A DNA stretch of 39,227 nucleotides from positions 19,333,357-19,372,583 of the forward strand of contig NC_069004.1 of assembly GCF_001194135.2 (NCBI RefSeq), written 5' to 3'. Both the position numbers and the translations under genes were made by a program. Under the pieces are notes generated by a model that ran no database searches, was not told the DNA's origin, and saw only the letters and a list, made by a program, of their open reading frames with translations. Source of the stretch: Octopus bimaculoides. Lineage: Eukaryota. Each line of letters starts with the position of its first letter. Position 1 is the stretch's first letter. This document shows positions 36,281 through 39,227 of this stretch, piece after piece.

Positions 36281-36881
36281 TATGTATATATATATATATA
36301 TATATATATCTGTGTGTGTGTATGTATATATATATATAGGGAGAATTCACGAAAAAAGATGAAGACAGGTGGTGTAAACAACAAATGGATGCATTATATA
36401 TATAACTATATATATACACAAAGTTTCTTTCAGTTTCCCTCAATCAGATGCATTCACAAGGCTTTGGTTGGCCTGGGGCTATAGTAGAAGACACTTGTCC
36501 AAAGTGTCACATAGTGGAACTGAACCTAAGACTATATGGTTATGAACCAAGCTTCTTACCACACTGTGTAGTAATGATAATTTTTTCATTAATTGAAAAC
36601 CTAAAATTATATATTTCTCATTATTTAGTTGTTCAAAACTCTTCTCACCTAGTTAATAAAATAAGGAAATTATAACTATGCTGGCACCACATAATAGCAC
36701 CCATACCAGAACCATGTAAAAGCACCCATGGTAGTGTCACATAAGAAGCACCCAGTACACCCTGTAAAGTGATTGGTGTTAGGAAGGGCATCCAGCTGTA
36801 GAAACCAGGCCAAACCAGACATGGCTCTGGTCAAACCATGCCAGTCTGGAAAACAGACATTAAATAATGATGATGACAACG

Positions 36882-36929
<48 letters not shown>

Positions 36930-37074
36930 TAATAAATTGTTGTAAAAACACTGTTTCTGGATTTCACGGAGGAATTTTCACTATTCCTTTTCAAGGGTAC
37001 TAAAATTCTGCTTGCCCAAGTCATCAGCAGCTCTGGGGTGGACCCTGATTGCAATTGAGAGAATTTATATTCTG

Positions 37075-37210
37075 GCAGGAGACCCAAGTCTAGACTGAGA
37101 ATGAGATGGTTGGATAATATTCATAGTCTTAGATAGTTGTACTTGGGAACCAGCCAGAAAATCTAATGACAGTTGCTTCTGATAGTACCGACTGGAGAAG
37201 GTACCTGAGG
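37075..37210 (+). mobile_element. 3' fragment of an RTE LINE, same family as 38172-38702
   Basis: Encodes a RMRWLDNIHSL-like segment nearly identical to the minus-strand copy at about 38220-38350. Confidence 0.7.
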
Positions 37211-37219
37211 ATGAATACA

Positions 37220-37395
37220 GGTAAGTTCACTGCCATCAAGTCACCATGAAGAAAGTTCACTGCGAGAAAAGTTTACTGAGAAAATATATCTATAGTTTCT
37301 CAACAGTAATAGTTAAAAACTATTTTATTGAAAAAGAAATGGAGAATCGATGACGGTGAACTTTCCCTGTGGTGAACTGACGACGGTAAACTTAC
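37220..37395. mobile_element. Small fold-back element with repeated subterminal motif (AAGTTCACTG and CGGTGAACTT)
   Basis: Three left motifs (37221, 37253, 37270) mirrored by three right motifs (about 37354, 37370, 37384). Confidence 0.55.
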
Positions 37396-38022
37396 AGGAC
37401 ATGTCTGAGGACTCTACTCTCTCGACGCTCCCAGAAATAGTGGGTGGAATGGATGCTTTTCTGACTACCTTTTATTGTCGTTGTCCATTAACTTTTAATG
37501 TTGAATCAGACTCTGCTTTATTAGAATGCTGAACCCTTTCTCAGAAAGTGTTCTTAATACCTAATTTTTGTCTTTTCTTAAACTGGAGCAGTTTGAATCA
37601 ATAGCAGCAGTATGCATGACATGTTATCCAAAAGTTTGTGGACTGCATGTATTGTTCAACAGAAATGTATATACATTGCTAACCTGCTTACTGAACCAGT
37701 CAACTAATGTGGTTCATCTTCACATGTTCAATTAATAAGCGTTTTATAACTGTCGTAAACCAATTCAAAAGAAGGCTTTTATCCAAACTTTGTCCTGATT
37801 GCTATTTAATCTGTTGATCATGGCTACACAACGATCAAGACATATTTTTAGGCACTGACAGTATCCATCCATCAACATCATTCAACACTGTACTGCACTT
37901 TCGTACTCAATTCAAAATATGAGTTTTAAATTTTTATCTGCTATTTACTCTGATAGAAAAGAATTAATAAGAGAATATTATAGTTCTTACTAATAACATG
38001 TTAGAACAGCTCAGTCATTTTT

Positions 38023-39105
38023 ATGATAGCTGACAAATTGAAATAATATGACTGCATCAAATTTTCCATAAAGCCTTGCAAATCTACTTCTAAGACTTTT
38101 GTAATTATTTCATCACACTTTTTCTACTTCTAGACTTTTGAAATACTTCGACACTTTTTTTTCTCTGTCTGTTATTCCTGGGAGGGTCATGGGGGTAGAG
38201 CCCTTAGGCAACTCCTCTATAGGGTCCTATCAAAAGCAACCATCATTACACTTCCTGGTTGGATTCCCAAGTGTGACCAACTAAGACTGTGGATATTATC
38301 CAATCATCTCATTCTTGGTCTACTTCCTGAGTCTCCAACAAGGTGACTCAGTTTGAAGAATCTGTCTTGCAATTCTTTCCTGTGCCATTCTAATCACTTG
38401 TCTATAGCACCAGAGCTGTGGCCTCTCAGTGCAGAGAAGTAGCAGCTCCACCTCGAGAGACCTCCTGCTCTCTGAACTACACACCCATTTCAACTGCTTA
38501 TATTTGCAATCACATTCATTCAGTCATTACCCCACACTCATGACCATAGTTGAGGACCAGGAAAAAATGCCAAATTGAAGAGATAGCAACTTTGGGTTTT
38601 TTACCAAACGTTCTTCTCTTCTGAAGATCAACTGCTGGAGCTGGCACATTACTCTTCCAGCACCTGCAATTCTAGCATTCAATTCGCCTTCCTGCTTCCT
38701 TTCATTTCAAGTGCTGCAAGGCAGGGTTGGGATTTAGTGGTGCAAAGACCAAAACATTGGCCCTCTCAAGAAAGTCTTCCCAATGCACTCTGCATGTTAA
38801 TGGAACATCTCTGAGATTAGTGGCAAGTTTTGAGTTTCTCATCATGCTTTTGGCAAACATTATTTGGATCAAACATAGGGTTTTGAGAAGTACAGACATT
38901 TTAAGACTGGTTGAATATCTGTCCAAAATGAATGTCTGAGGTGGCCAACGACTAAGAAAATGCCAGAAAATAATGGAAAAGATTGTGAACTCATTCATGA
39001 AGATTATAGCAGAACAATCCATCAGATCTCTCCTACAATTAGAATCAATTATGGAGTAACCAAAGACATACAGAAAACTTGAGCATGTACTGCATTACTA
39101 TGAAG
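38023..39105 (+). pseudogene. Mariner transposase N-terminal (HTH) relic split by a LINE insertion
   Basis: 38023-38154 reads MIADKLK*YDCIKFSIKPCKSTSKTF, with a duplicated TFEILRH. It resumes at 38843 as HAFGKHYLDQT*GFEKYRHFKTG*ISVQNE...ELIHEDYSRTIHQI...INYG, matching the mariner pattern IKFCxKLGKsxxETxxmLqqAFGe...vfeWxxrFKxGrxSvedd...ihEDrRxTixel. Confidence 0.8.
38172..38840 (-). mobile_element. Degenerate 5'-truncated RTE LINE (Rex3/Expander-like C-terminus) with inverted 5' segment (38703-38840 reads on +)
   Basis: Minus: ERKQEGELNARIAGAGRVMCQL...VLNYGHECGVMTE...PLLLCTERPQL...RPRMR*LDNIHSLSWSHLGI...ALPP*P. Plus: AGLGFSGAKTKTLALSRKSSQCTLHVNGTSLRLVASFEFL. Confidence 0.8.
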
Positions 39106-39190
39106 GACACACAAGACAGTAGGGATGATAGATGTGGATGGCTTTTGGAAGAGAGCATTAAGGATACTTTGAGATGATGATAATGATAAC

Positions 39191-39224
<34 letters not shown>

Positions 39225-39227
39225 ATA

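Noticed and set aside
37378-37405. CTGACGACGGTAAACTTACAGGACATGTC, hammerhead-like
   Set aside because: Better explained as the terminal repeat of the 37220-37395 fold-back element; the GAAA core is absent.

Overview
This is repeat-saturated, AT-rich animal genomic DNA with four N gaps. The SINE families, the microsatellite load and the gappy assembly look like an octopus (coleoid cephalopod) genome, which is an inference and not a database result. No intact long coding region is present: almost all ORFs in the track are microsatellite or SINE artefacts. Recognisable protein-coding relics are all dead transposons: an RTE LINE (7310-8535), a DD37D/maT-like Tc1-mariner element with TIRs (35007-36280), and a mariner N-terminus split by an RTE LINE with an inverted 5' part (38023-39105). 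A CpG-retaining domain at about 28.6-34.9 kb carries YY1/NRF1/ETS-like motifs and a plausible first coding exon of a minus-strand gene (33078-33244). The CpG-depleted DNA to its left may be that gene's body, but the gene could not be identified. The most unusual items are a head-to-head pair of degenerate hammerhead-ribozyme-like motifs of the Penelope type (25761-25834), a near-perfect 126-bp-arm palindrome beside a gap (11628-11888), and the twin-priming-like LINE inversion. I found no convincing evidence of a wholly new biological system.
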